Of a stretch of DNA of 51,560 bases, positions 25,905-35,477 are shown piece by piece; position 1 is the stretch's first letter, and every line of letters begins with the position of its first letter. A program made the position numbers and the translations under genes. The stretch comes from a virus. Its lineage: Duplodnaviria > Caudoviricetes. The notes below the pieces were generated by a model, which worked only from the letters and a program-made list of their open reading frames with translations, searched no databases and was not told the origin of the DNA. The stretch lies in IMG/VR virus record IMGVR_UViG_3300050119_000364, positions 1 to 51,560 of that record. One strand, 5' to 3'.

Positions 25905-27698
25905 ATGAAAAATAAACTCTTTGCACTTCTCCTCATAATCGGCACATTCACCTATATCGGCATCGCGTCGGCGTCGCTTGTGTCCCAGACCATCCCTCCT
26001 CCGGGGAGCAACGGCACCGTCCCTATTGCCTCATCCTCCGCAACGGGAGGCATCCAATGGGTCGCAACGTCCTCGCTTGGCATTGCGGGCGGGGGAGGCG
26101 GCAGCGGAGCGTCCACGACGACCGCGAATACATGGACGGCTCCGCAGACGTTCCCGTATGGCATTTTCTCAACCTCGACCGCAACCTCGTCCAACATCGC
26201 CGTCCTCAATTCCACCTTCAACATCCCTGCGAACTACGCGACCGCAGGATGTCCGTGGAACACTTCAGTAACCGACCTCGGCGGGTGCATCAACGCGGCG
26301 TACAACTCCGCCTCCACGACGGCAAGCTCCACCGTCATCAACGTCCCTGTTCTTCCGGCCTTCACGACCTATGCGACAAAAATAACCTTTGCAAACGACA
26401 ACGAGTTTGCAGACCTTCAATGCGCTCCGGGACAAATCCTCGAATACACGGGCGCGACGACAGCCACATCGGGTGCTATCACCTACAACGAAAGCGACGC
26501 AAACGCGCAGAACATAAAAATCCCGCGCACTGGCGGCGAGAACTGCATCTTCGCGGGAGGCACAAGTCTTAATTCCAAGGCGACCTCGACAGGCATTTAT
26601 ATCGGCGGAACGAACGGCGAGGCGGCACTTGCGCTCTATAACTTTGGGGCGATCAACTTCGGCACGGGCTGGGAAACGGCATCCAATACGTTCATGCTCG
26701 ACCTTTACTCTCCCCTTTCCGATGGAAACGTGACCAACTGGCAGACGCAGGGCTATAGCAATTCCGGCGAAGCTATCAACCTCTACGCGCCGCATTTCCT
26801 CGACACGGCCTCAACGACGAACCCGTACTGTTTGAACCTCCAGCAGAACGGCGTGGCGGAGTTCAACGTGTACGGCGGCTCGATCGACGACTGCCCTGCC
26901 TACATCTACGGCGGCAACGCTGCCGTTCTCTTTAGCGGCGTGAACTGGGAGAACCCTGCGGCATCTGCTTCGACGACCTATCCGAAATACACCTATCTCA
27001 CCGTGCAATCAACGGCGCAATATACGAACGTTACCCTTCAAGGCGGCGAGTTCGCGATTGATTCCCATAGTTCGGTAAGCACCCCGAATTCCTTCGTGGT
27101 GTGCGGCGCGACGTGCACCGTGAACGGCATGAGCTTCCAAAAGAACGGCACGACGACCGTCCCCGTGGCCATTGATTATTCGGTAAACGGGACAGCGGCG
27201 ACCCTGAACGCCCTCGGCAACGCGAACCCTGCCGGAGCCTTCACCAACTTCGCATCATCAACGACAAACCTCTACACAACCGTCCAAGACCTTCCCGATC
27301 GTGTGGCCGCGACCTTCTACAATATCCCGAACTATATGCCCGCCGCGTGCCAGGCGACAGGCATCACCCCGGACTATACGACGGTCTTTAACTTCAACCG
27401 CGCTGCGCTCGGCAACCCGAAAGCCCTCTACTTCGTTTCCGACTTGAGCAATAACGTCGCTTCAACGACGAACAATGAAACCTTCGGTATCACGAGGATT
27501 TCAAGCACGACGCTCTATCTTGCGACAACGAGCGCTTCAAACGTCGTGCAGTACGCCCACGGGGTGCAGTACTCCCAGAACTTCCTTTCATCCCTCTCGA
27601 ACGCGACGAGCGAGATTCTTCTCATCTCCAGCAACTGCTCGGCTAACCTCGTGAGCAATGGGCAGGATTGGAACCCCCATCTTGAAATTGATTACTGA
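25905..27698 (+). CDS. Thr/Ser/Asn-rich beta-helix-like protein with signal peptide
   Basis: MKNKLFALLLIIGTFTYIGIASA; NTWTAPQTF; GGCINAA start of a pectin-lyase-like fold. Confidence 0.75.
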   Translation: MKNKLFALLLIIGTFTYIGIASASLVSQTIPPPGSNGTVPIASSSATGGIQWVATSSLGIAGGGGGSGASTTTANTWTAPQTFPYGIFSTSTATSSNIAVLNSTFNIPANYATAGCPWNTSVTDLGGCINAAYNSASTTASSTVINVPVLPAFTTYATKITFANDNEFADLQCAPGQILEYTGATTATSGAITYNESDANAQNIKIPRTGGENCIFAGGTSLNSKATSTGIYIGGTNGEAALALYNFGAINFGTGWETASNTFMLDLYSPLSDGNVTNWQTQGYSNSGEAINLYAPHFLDTASTTNPYCLNLQQNGVAEFNVYGGSIDDCPAYIYGGNAAVLFSGVNWENPAASASTTYPKYTYLTVQSTAQYTNVTLQGGEFAIDSHSSVSTPNSFVVCGATCTVNGMSFQKNGTTTVPVAIDYSVNGTAATLNALGNANPAGAFTNFASSTTNLYTTVQDLPDRVAATFYNIPNYMPAACQATGITPDYTTVFNFNRAALGNPKALYFVSDLSNNVASTTNNETFGITRISSTTLYLATTSASNVVQYAHGVQYSQNFLSSLSNATSEILLISSNCSANLVSNGQDWNPHLEIDY

Positions 27699-27704
27699 TC
27701 CACG

Positions 27705-27947
27705 ATGTACGGATTTTCTGGCTACGGCACAAACGCATACGGATCGGAACGGCAGACGCTCCTCGCGCCCGTCGTGAGGCTCGCCATGCGCACCGTGCGG
27801 AACGCCTACAACGTCGCGTTGCCGGTCATGGTTGGGTTCGGTAATCTCGCCGTCTCGAATCTCATCGCGCCCCTTTCCGTCATGCTCCGTTTCCGGAATC
27901 TCACGCTCTCAAACCCGTCGCAAAACCAGCTAACGCTCGAACTATGA
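27705..27947 (+). CDS. Small structural-type protein
   Basis: MYGFSGYGTNAYG N-terminus; ATGA overlap. Confidence 0.6.
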   Translation: MYGFSGYGTNAYGSERQTLLAPVVRLAMRTVRNAYNVALPVMVGFGNLAVSNLIAPLSVMLRFRNLTLSNPSQNQLTLEL

Positions 27948-28285
27948 TCCTCCAGCCCCAGATCGTCGGGCAGAACGACTATGGCTACGAGCTTCCCTTT
28001 ACGCTGCTCGACGGCAATGGCGACGCGGTGAATATTACGGACGCATCGCTCACGATCACGGTGCAGGACGCCCAAGACCCGAGCGGCGAGGCGCTTTTCA
28101 CGGGTTCTATGACCGTGGACAGTGGACCCGCCGGAACATGCCACTACACGGTGGCCTCGGGCAATTTCCCCAACCCCGGCACGTTCCTCGCGCAGGTGAC
28201 GGCCACATGGTCATCGACCGAAGTGCTTACGTGGTCCGGCATCACGATCATCGTCGAACCGAAACTCCCCAAGACGAACAACTGA
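27944..28285 (+). CDS. BppU-like Ig-fold structural protein
   Basis: FTLLDGNGDAVNITDA, GTCHYT and GTFLAQV pattern. Confidence 0.7.
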   Translation: MILQPQIVGQNDYGYELPFTLLDGNGDAVNITDASLTITVQDAQDPSGEALFTGSMTVDSGPAGTCHYTVASGNFPNPGTFLAQVTATWSSTEVLTWSGITIIVEPKLPKTNN

Positions 28286-28286
28286 A

Positions 28287-28454
28287 ATGGCCTACGGCGA
28301 GCGCAGCACGAACTACGTCGATACGAAATGTACGAAATGCGGCGCTCCGTTGCGGCGTTCACGGGTTGTCTCGCATCCGGTCTGTCTTGCCTGCAAAGAG
28401 AAGAAGCAGCGCGAGCGATTGCGGAAAGTTATGCACATATCCAAAAGGGCTTGA
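28287..28454 (+). CDS. 55-aa Zn-finger peptide
   Basis: MAYGERSTNYVDTKCTKCG..CLACKEKKQRERL; below the track cutoff. Confidence 0.5.
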   Translation: MAYGERSTNYVDTKCTKCGAPLRRSRVVSHPVCLACKEKKQRERLRKVMHISKRA

Positions 28455-28472
28455 CGTTCATACGATTAAGGT

Positions 28473-29033
28473 ATGAACAACACCAAGCTCGTCGGGTTGG
28501 TCGCCGTAGTGGCACTCCTCGCGGGTGTTGTCGGCGGCTATGTGGTAAATAAACTCGGAGCCGCGCCTCTCGTCGGAGGCGACTTCGCGGGCGGGATTAC
28601 CCCGTCCTCGCTCGTTACCGCGAGCGCCTCGGGTGGCTTGACTGGCAACGGCTATGTTGCTCCAATTGGCTCGCTTTCCTCGGCGGCCGTCAACGGTCTC
28701 ACGATCGGCGGCACGGATCAGTATCACGGCCTCACGGCATACGTGACGGCGTCCGGCACTCCGACCTCGGTCGCGACCCTCGGCGCCTTCGGCGCGACGA
28801 CCTCCTCGGCATCGACCACGATCACCATCCCGGAGACGGCCGGGCTCTCGGTGAACGCGATCTGCAGCGGCAATGCGGCCACGACGACCGTGTTTGTGTC
28901 GGGATGCATCCTGACCTCGACGAACGGTGTCACCGGCACCGCGCAGGTGTACTACTCGAACGGCACGCCGTCGTCGCTCTCAGTTCCCACCTCCACGGTA
29001 TTCCGGATTTCCTTCGACCAACTCCCCTATTAA
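28473..29033 (+). CDS. Thr/Ser-rich protein with N-terminal TM or signal
   Basis: MNNTKLVGLVAVVALLAGVVGGYVV; TACGAT -10-like hexamer 6 nt upstream of ATG. Confidence 0.75.
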   Translation: MNNTKLVGLVAVVALLAGVVGGYVVNKLGAAPLVGGDFAGGITPSSLVTASASGGLTGNGYVAPIGSLSSAAVNGLTIGGTDQYHGLTAYVTASGTPTSVATLGAFGATTSSASTTITIPETAGLSVNAICSGNAATTTVFVSGCILTSTNGVTGTAQVYYSNGTPSSLSVPTSTVFRISFDQLPY

Positions 29034-29051
29034 CCCTATCCACCCTGTTCA

Positions 29052-30854
29052 GTGCCCGAATCGCTGAAGACATTCCCCAAAGACCTCGCAGACAAACTCA
29101 AAGCGGCTCTCGCTTCCGCTTCCGTTGAAGACTTCGTGAAAGCGACCAAAGCCTCCGGCGACGACCGGAGCTTTGAGGTTGTGATGAGCACGTCCGACGA
29201 AGACCGTCAGGGCGACGAGCTCGACCAGTCCCGATGGGATCTCAAGTACTACACGATGAACCCCGTCGTCCTCTGGGCGCATGATTATTCGTCGATTCCG
29301 ATCGGCATCGTGACCGACATCGAGATTCAGGGCGACAAGGCGGTCGCTACCGGCAAATTCGCTCCCGCCGGCGTGAATCCGACGGCCGACATGGTCTGCG
29401 CGCTCTATCAGCAGAAGGTCATCCGCGCCGTGTCTCCCGGCTACATCCAAAACGACGACGGGACGCGCGAGCTCTTGGAGCTTTCCTTCTGCCCGGTGCC
29501 CGCCGGCCGGTACGCGCTTTCCTTGCGGCAGGTGAGCGAACTCGGCGTATCGACGGGCGACCTCGTGACGAAGGGCTTTTTCTATGACGCGAAAGGTGCG
29601 GTCCCCTTCAAGAGCCACGGCATCGCCGATCAGGACACGTCGTGGGACGGCCCTGCGGAGGTGAAAGCGTGCGGCGACGACATCGAGAAACTGAAGTCCA
29701 TTTGCGCATGGTTCGATTCCGAAGACCCGGACGTGAAGGCCTCCTACAAGCTCCCCCATCACCGCGCGTCCGATCAGAAAGCTGTGTGGAACGGCGTTAA
29801 AGCAGCGGCCGCTGCCTTACAAGGTGGCCGAGGGGGAGTTGCAATTCCCTCCGGTGACCTTGCTGCCGTCAAAGCCCATATCGCGAAACATTACGAGGAG
29901 TTCGGGGAAACGCCACCGTGGGAAAAGAAGGCGGAGGAGAAGTCGCCGCAACTCGGCGATTCCTGCGAACTGGAAAGCGGCGATCCGGGAGTTCTCGCAG
30001 ATGACGACAAGAATCCCGGTCACCTCGTATGCGTTCCCGCGAAATCAACCAAATCCGAATCAATGAACAACGAACTCGAAAAGAAATTCAAAGCAGAGCA
30101 CGAACGGCACGGAAAGTCCTTTGCGAAGGCGATCGACGAGTTCAAATCGATCGACGAGTTCACGAAGGCCGTGGACACGGAGCAGGACGAGCACCTCACG
30201 AACACGATGAAGGCCATCGACGAGGGCTATGCGCTCGAAGATCAGTCTCCGAAGAAATCGATCGACGAGTTCAAGTCGGAGATGAAAGCCGAGCATTTGA
30301 ATCACGTGAAAGCCGTGGATAAATCGATCGACGAGTTCAAGTCCGCACACGAAGCGGCCGACGGAGACGACGAGAAGACGAAGGCCATCGAGAAGTTCAC
30401 GAAAGCGGTGGGCGCGGAGCTTGACCGCCACGAGAAGGCTCACAAGGCCATGAACGAAGCTGAGTTCGGCGAAGGAGAGGATAACGAGGAAAAGTCCGTG
30501 CAGGAACTCGTCACGAAGATCGGCCGCCAGATCTCCGCAAAGAACAAGGAGAAATTGAAAGCCATCTTGGAAAAGATGGATTCCCACCACAACGATGTCA
30601 CCGCGGCCCTCAAGGAGCTAATCGGCTCCGATGACGGCGACGGAGGGGAGGAACCTTCCCCGAAGCCCAAGGACGATGAGTCCGAAGGCGACGAGAAGGC
30701 CCTGAACTCAAGGTCGAGCACCTCGGGAGCAAGCGCCGAATTGGATGCATATCTACTCGGGCAGCGACTCGCGAGGCAGGTCAAATCTGCCACGGAGGAT
30801 GCTCTTCGCCAGTTCAAAGAAAAGATCAGGGAGGCGCGTACCTCAGGCAGATAG
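29052..30854 (+). CDS. HK97-family prohead protease with extra domain and scaffold-like tail
   Basis: DRQGD, NPVVLWAHD, AVSPGY and LLELSFCPVPA motifs; YKLPHH domain; KSIDEFK repeats. Confidence 0.9.
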   Translation: MPESLKTFPKDLADKLKAALASASVEDFVKATKASGDDRSFEVVMSTSDEDRQGDELDQSRWDLKYYTMNPVVLWAHDYSSIPIGIVTDIEIQGDKAVATGKFAPAGVNPTADMVCALYQQKVIRAVSPGYIQNDDGTRELLELSFCPVPAGRYALSLRQVSELGVSTGDLVTKGFFYDAKGAVPFKSHGIADQDTSWDGPAEVKACGDDIEKLKSICAWFDSEDPDVKASYKLPHHRASDQKAVWNGVKAAAAALQGGRGGVAIPSGDLAAVKAHIAKHYEEFGETPPWEKKAEEKSPQLGDSCELESGDPGVLADDDKNPGHLVCVPAKSTKSESMNNELEKKFKAEHERHGKSFAKAIDEFKSIDEFTKAVDTEQDEHLTNTMKAIDEGYALEDQSPKKSIDEFKSEMKAEHLNHVKAVDKSIDEFKSAHEAADGDDEKTKAIEKFTKAVGAELDRHEKAHKAMNEAEFGEGEDNEEKSVQELVTKIGRQISAKNKEKLKAILEKMDSHHNDVTAALKELIGSDDGDGGEEPSPKPKDDESEGDEKALNSRSSTSGASAELDAYLLGQRLARQVKSATEDALRQFKEKIREARTSGR

Positions 30855-30875
30855 ACCTATTCCCACACCAATCAA

Positions 30876-32105
30876 GTGGAAAAAGAACAAATCGTAGAGG
30901 TGGTCTCAAAGACCGTCTCCGAGGGGTTCAACGACTTCTTTGAGAAGAAGCTGGCCCCGGCGATGGATGAAATCTCCATCAAGAATGCACGTCAGGTCGT
31001 AGAAGCCGCGATGGCCGAACGCTCCGTCAAGGGCTTCGACATCACGGGCCTCACGACCGACCAGAAGATGGCCTTCGCCAAGCAGGTGCAGGCAGTCTTC
31101 CGCGGCAACCGCGAGGGTGCTTTGAAGGTGAAAGCCAACGAAGCGCTCATCGAGGAACAGGACAACCGCGGCGGCTACTTGGTCGAACCGGAAGTTGCGG
31201 CAGCGATCCTTCGTATCGCCGCTTCGGTCGGTACGATCCTGAAGCAAGCGCAGAAGTGGCCGATGAAGACCGATGAGTTGGGCATCCCCAACTACACCGG
31301 CTCCTTCCTTACCGGTTCGTATGTCGGCGTCGATCTTCCGGGAACCGTCACCGGACTCACGTTCGGTCAGGCGGTCCTCATCGCCCGCAAGTGGCAGCTC
31401 GCGTTCACCGTCGGCAACGACCTTTTGGCCGATGCCTCGGTGCAGCTCGCGGACTGGCTCATGGCGATGGCAGGCGAGGCGCTCGCGAACATGATCGACC
31501 AGCAGGGCTTCGTTGGCGGCGGCACTGTCGCCGGCACGGCCTATACCGGTCCCTTCGTCGGCATCATGAACACGGCGAACGTCAATACGTACACGTTGTC
31601 TTCGGGCAACACGACGTATGCGAAGTTCAATCCGGTCACGGATGCCGCGAACGTCATCGCGACCTTGGAGGAATCGATCTTGGACGGCGCCGCGTGGTAC
31701 TTCCACCGCACCGTCTGGGCTGCGGTCCGATCCGAGCTCGCTTCGAGCTCCGGCATTCCGTTCCTCTTCCTTTCAGGAGCAGGCAGCAATCTGAAGGACG
31801 AAGCGGGCGGCGGTCCGATCAAGCCCGCGGGCGAGATGGCCGGTTATCCGGTCTTCACGAACCGCTGGCTCCCGGCCACGACCGTCGGCTCTCAGGCCAA
31901 CACCGCGTTCGGCATCTTCGGCAACCTCAAGGCGTGCGCCTTCGGCGACAAGGGCGACCTCCGCGTCGCGCAGTTCGAGTCAGGCTCGTTCGGCGGCAAG
32001 GAGATCGCGTTGGCCGACCAGCGCGGCATCGTCTACAAGCACCGTCACGCCTTCGTGGTCGTGCTCCCCAAAGCGTTCACCGTCATCTACACGGCGGCTT
32101 CGTAG
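30876..32105 (+). CDS. Major capsid protein (HK97 fold)
   Basis: RGGYLVEPE, NDLLADA, GYPVFTN and IFGNL motifs; follows the protease. Confidence 0.95.
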   Translation: MEKEQIVEVVSKTVSEGFNDFFEKKLAPAMDEISIKNARQVVEAAMAERSVKGFDITGLTTDQKMAFAKQVQAVFRGNREGALKVKANEALIEEQDNRGGYLVEPEVAAAILRIAASVGTILKQAQKWPMKTDELGIPNYTGSFLTGSYVGVDLPGTVTGLTFGQAVLIARKWQLAFTVGNDLLADASVQLADWLMAMAGEALANMIDQQGFVGGGTVAGTAYTGPFVGIMNTANVNTYTLSSGNTTYAKFNPVTDAANVIATLEESILDGAAWYFHRTVWAAVRSELASSSGIPFLFLSGAGSNLKDEAGGGPIKPAGEMAGYPVFTNRWLPATTVGSQANTAFGIFGNLKACAFGDKGDLRVAQFESGSFGGKEIALADQRGIVYKHRHAFVVVLPKAFTVIYTAAS

Positions 32106-32251
32106 TTTCGTGAACCCCCTTCCCGGTCTGCGCCCATTTCCTCGGCGCGACCGGGCGGGGATGGAAAAATAAACCGCCCGTCGAAGCGCGCCAGCGTTTC
32201 GTCCCTTCCGATTAAAGTCGAGGGAAGGCAGGGGCCAACAACACAATTGCA

Positions 32252-32707
32252 ATGCGCAACAATCCTTACGACGACACCAAGATCGTCGGCGGTACGTCTC
32301 TCGCACCGCAATCCTTCAGCGGCTCAACCGCCGTTGACGGGAGCGCCGTCAACACCGAGGGCGCGGACAATGCCGTGATCTACGCTTATGGCGCGGTAAC
32401 GTCGGGCTCTCCTTCGGCGGCGGCCCTCGTGGTGACGCTCCAAGAGTGCTCGACGAGTGGCGGCACCTATGCGAATGCGCTCGACAACACCGGAACGGTG
32501 ATCGGCTTCACGCTGAACTGCGAAAGCGCGGCGGCGGAGAATGTCGCCCGCATCGAAGGCCTCAACCTTAATCGGAAGCAGTACCTTCGGGCGGTCGTCA
32601 CGCCGTCGTTCACCGGCGGCTCGTCCCCGGCGATCCTCGGCTTTGCCCAGATCGTTCTCGGCAACAACGGCCAATTGCCGGTCGATTCGAACGTTTCGAA
32701 TACCTAA
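32252..32707 (+). CDS. Capsid cement/decoration-like protein
   Basis: Beta-sandwich pattern VTLQEC..RKQYLRAVVT directly after the MCP. Confidence 0.65.
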   Translation: MRNNPYDDTKIVGGTSLAPQSFSGSTAVDGSAVNTEGADNAVIYAYGAVTSGSPSAAALVVTLQECSTSGGTYANALDNTGTVIGFTLNCESAAAENVARIEGLNLNRKQYLRAVVTPSFTGGSSPAILGFAQIVLGNNGQLPVDSNVSNT

Positions 32708-32729
32708 TAGGTTTTCGAACCTTCGTTCC

Positions 32730-32759
32730 CGTGGCCCTTCCGGTGAGGTAAGGGCCACG
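32730..32759 (+). terminator. Hairpin after capsid genes
   Basis: CGTGGCCCTT / AAGGGCCACG 10-bp stem; no U-tract. Confidence 0.45.
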
Positions 32760-32784
32760 ACACGAGGGAAGATCCCTCGAATCA

Positions 32785-33402
32785 ATGACGAATTATCACA
32801 AGCTCTGCCAATACTGCCGAGAGCCATTTACAACCGGTCACACTCGCGGGCGGTATTGCAGCCTCCATTGCGCTGGTATGGGAAAGAGTCGTCCTCACAC
32901 CGAGGAGACACGCAAAAAGATAAGCATTGCAATGAAAGGTGTTAAACCCAAACACCCGGTAATCATTACCTGCAAACGATGTGGGAAACAGAAGACGACG
33001 GCTCATCCAGAGCAATTATTTTGTAGCAGGCATTGTGCATTGCTCGGGCATACATACTCACCAGAACAAAAGCGAAAAATCGGTGACGCCCAACGTGGTG
33101 CGAAAAGTTATCTCTGGCAAGGTGGAAAGACAACCATCAATAGACTCGTGCGTAAAGGAATTGAGGCTCGTGAATGGCGTAAAGCGGTTTTTACGCGCGA
33201 TGGGTACCGCTGTTTTGGATGCGGTACACAATCAGGCCCATTCAATGGTCATCATATTTACCCATGGGCTCACTTTCCACGCCTTCGATTTGTCATTGAG
33301 AACGGCATCACGCTTTGCGTATTCTGCCACGACCTAATTCCTCGCACGCTAGGCAGGCCGGATAACATCGTCGCTCCGGCTGGCTTCATTCTTAATCACT
33401 AG
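32785..33402 (+). CDS. HNH endonuclease with NUMOD3-like motifs
   Basis: HTEETRKKIS; WRKAVFTRDGYRC, HHI and NGITLCVFCH motifs. Confidence 0.9.
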   Translation: MTNYHKLCQYCREPFTTGHTRGRYCSLHCAGMGKSRPHTEETRKKISIAMKGVKPKHPVIITCKRCGKQKTTAHPEQLFCSRHCALLGHTYSPEQKRKIGDAQRGAKSYLWQGGKTTINRLVRKGIEAREWRKAVFTRDGYRCFGCGTQSGPFNGHHIYPWAHFPRLRFVIENGITLCVFCHDLIPRTLGRPDNIVAPAGFILNH

Positions 33403-33403
33403 C

Positions 33404-34276
33404 ATGAGTACTCAAGAAAAAGTCTATCCTTGGGCGCTTACAGTTCTTCAGCGTGTAAAGGATCGTCTCGACATTATCATCCCGGACAACGATGCGGTTT
33501 TGATGCGCATGATCAACGGATCCACGGATTTTATCGAGCGCGAGTGTGGGAAGACCGGCCTTGAGTCCTATCCGAACGACGGCCACTTCGCGCAGAAGAC
33601 CTACACGAACGAGGTCTATACCGCGCAGGGTAGGAAGCAAGAGCGCCTTGTGCTCCGCAATTCCCCGGTCACCTATCTCATCGTCACGGGCAATCTCACG
33701 CAGGGATCGGCTAACGTGACCGTTGCACCCTACACCGGCATCGTCGCCGGAATGCCGCTCTACAACATTCAGGGACTGTTCCCTCAAGGGACGACCGTCG
33801 CGACCGTCGGCAGCAACGGTGCGCTCACGATGAGCCAACCTGCGAGCGTTACGCAAAGCGGCGCAGTGTTCGAGATCTCCGGCCTCATTTCTTTCCAGTG
33901 GCGTTCCGGGACCCCTAGCATGCCGAACTGGACGAGCTTCATTCAGGATCAATATGAGCTCGACCAGATGGGGAGGGCGGGCATCATCCGCGTCTACGGC
34001 TCGATTCCGGGGCTTTACAACAACATGATCCGCGCGACATATGTCGCCGGATACCCCGTGAACTGGCAGAACGCCGGCGACGGAGCGACGCACCAGCTTC
34101 CCGCCGATCTCACGAACCTGTGCGAAAACCTCGTCGTCAGAATCTTCAAACGCAAAAAGAGCGCTGGGCAACTCAGCGAAGCGATTCAGGGCGCGACGAG
34201 TTCGTGGAAGGACAGCCTCGACGCATTCGATTTGAACGTCATTAACAATTACCGTCGCGTCGGCAATATTTTCTAA
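33404..34276 (+). CDS. Head-tail connector (gp6-like) with inserted beta domain
   Basis: LQRVKDRL..FIERECG N-terminus, TYVAGY..LPADL C-terminus; central GIVAGM..PQGTTV insert. Confidence 0.75.
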   Translation: MSTQEKVYPWALTVLQRVKDRLDIIIPDNDAVLMRMINGSTDFIERECGKTGLESYPNDGHFAQKTYTNEVYTAQGRKQERLVLRNSPVTYLIVTGNLTQGSANVTVAPYTGIVAGMPLYNIQGLFPQGTTVATVGSNGALTMSQPASVTQSGAVFEISGLISFQWRSGTPSMPNWTSFIQDQYELDQMGRAGIIRVYGSIPGLYNNMIRATYVAGYPVNWQNAGDGATHQLPADLTNLCENLVVRIFKRKKSAGQLSEAIQGATSSWKDSLDAFDLNVINNYRRVGNIF

Positions 34277-34281
34277 TTTCC

Positions 34282-34752
34282 ATGCAAGGAGCCACCTTCC
34301 AAGTTACGATTCCCCAGCTTCCGCAGCTCCAAGAGGCGCTTGCAAATTATCCCTCTATCTCGCAGCCCATCATTCAGCGCGCCGTGGTTGCGGCTCAGGC
34401 GGTCCTTGCGAAGTTTACAACGGCGGCCACCGTACCCGTGAAGACCGGATACCTTGTGCAAAACTGGGCTTTCGAAGTTGGCAATCTCGTGGCCCGTTGG
34501 TATCCGCGCGCGAGCTACGCGCCGTATGTCGAGTTTGGGACGGGTCCGCACGAGATTAAGGCCGTAAATAAACGCGTCCTTGCGAACACGGCTACCGGGC
34601 AAGTCTTCGGTCCCCTCGTTCATCACCCCGGAACAAAAGCAAATCCGTTCATGGAGCGGATCGTCGCCGCCGCGCAGCCGGACATCGAGACGCTTTTCGT
34701 CCAAGCGCTCAATCAGGTAAACGAGGCCATCGCCGCACAAGCCAATGGATAA
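34282..34752 (+). CDS. HK97 gp10-like neck/tail completion protein
   Basis: VPVKTGYL, YAPYVEFGT and HHPGTKANPFM motifs. Confidence 0.85.
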   Translation: MQGATFQVTIPQLPQLQEALANYPSISQPIIQRAVVAAQAVLAKFTTAATVPVKTGYLVQNWAFEVGNLVARWYPRASYAPYVEFGTGPHEIKAVNKRVLANTATGQVFGPLVHHPGTKANPFMERIVAAAQPDIETLFVQALNQVNEAIAAQANG

Positions 34753-35209
34753 AACCTTCGCTCAAAATCTCAAGCAGGCGATAATCGATGATCTTCAGTC
34801 GCTTATTTTGAGCGGCGTTCTTGGGTCCGTCGCAGCGGACGATTTCACAAAGCTCAATCCGCTCGACCGCACGTGGGGAAAATTCCCCGCAGCGCTCGTT
34901 ATCCCGCCCACCGTCGCCGCGTCGGAATACGAGGATGTCGCAACTAACCTTCGCCAATATACGTGGTACATCATGGTCGTCACGACCCCTGATAACCTCC
35001 CGAAGACCGATCCGACCTATTTAGAGGGTCTCATCGACAATGTTCTTCAGGTGTTCGATAACGACGTGACGCTTCAAGGAATGGCCGTGGGAGGCGTGAA
35101 TCCCGCGATTCTTGATCCTCCCGGACCTGTGAGTAGCAACAACGTGACATATGTAACAGCGTACGTTACGCTTAAGGCAAAGGCCCTTGTTCCCGCCGCA
35201 GTGCAATAA
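34745..35209 (+). CDS. Tail terminator-like protein
   Basis: Position and size; FPAALV and DVTLQG motifs. Confidence 0.65.
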   Translation: MDKTFAQNLKQAIIDDLQSLILSGVLGSVAADDFTKLNPLDRTWGKFPAALVIPPTVAASEYEDVATNLRQYTWYIMVVTTPDNLPKTDPTYLEGLIDNVLQVFDNDVTLQGMAVGGVNPAILDPPGPVSSNNVTYVTAYVTLKAKALVPAAVQ

Positions 35210-35226
35210 ACCTCATCACCACATTC

Positions 35227-35475
35227 GTGGATATTCCCAACAAAACCAACAAACAAATAGACGGTTCAGAGACGGCCAACAAGGACGTGCAGCCGTCATA
35301 TTCCCGCGCCGCGTCCGTTCTTGAGAACGATTATTTCTATCCCGAAGCGAACGGCTATCAGGCCATCGCGGTCCGCGCGGCGACGCGCGAGGACGCGCAC
35401 GCAATCTATCTCGCAAAGCGGAAGCCGGTGAATCCGGAGGAAAAGGTCGATGAATCAGAAACCAAGAACGATTAA
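35227..35475 (+). CDS. Hypothetical protein
   Basis: Fills the gap before the tail tube gene. Confidence 0.6.
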   Translation: MDIPNKTNKQIDGSETANKDVQPSYSRAASVLENDYFYPEANGYQAIAVRAATREDAHAIYLAKRKPVNPEEKVDESETKND

Positions 35476-35477
35476 CT

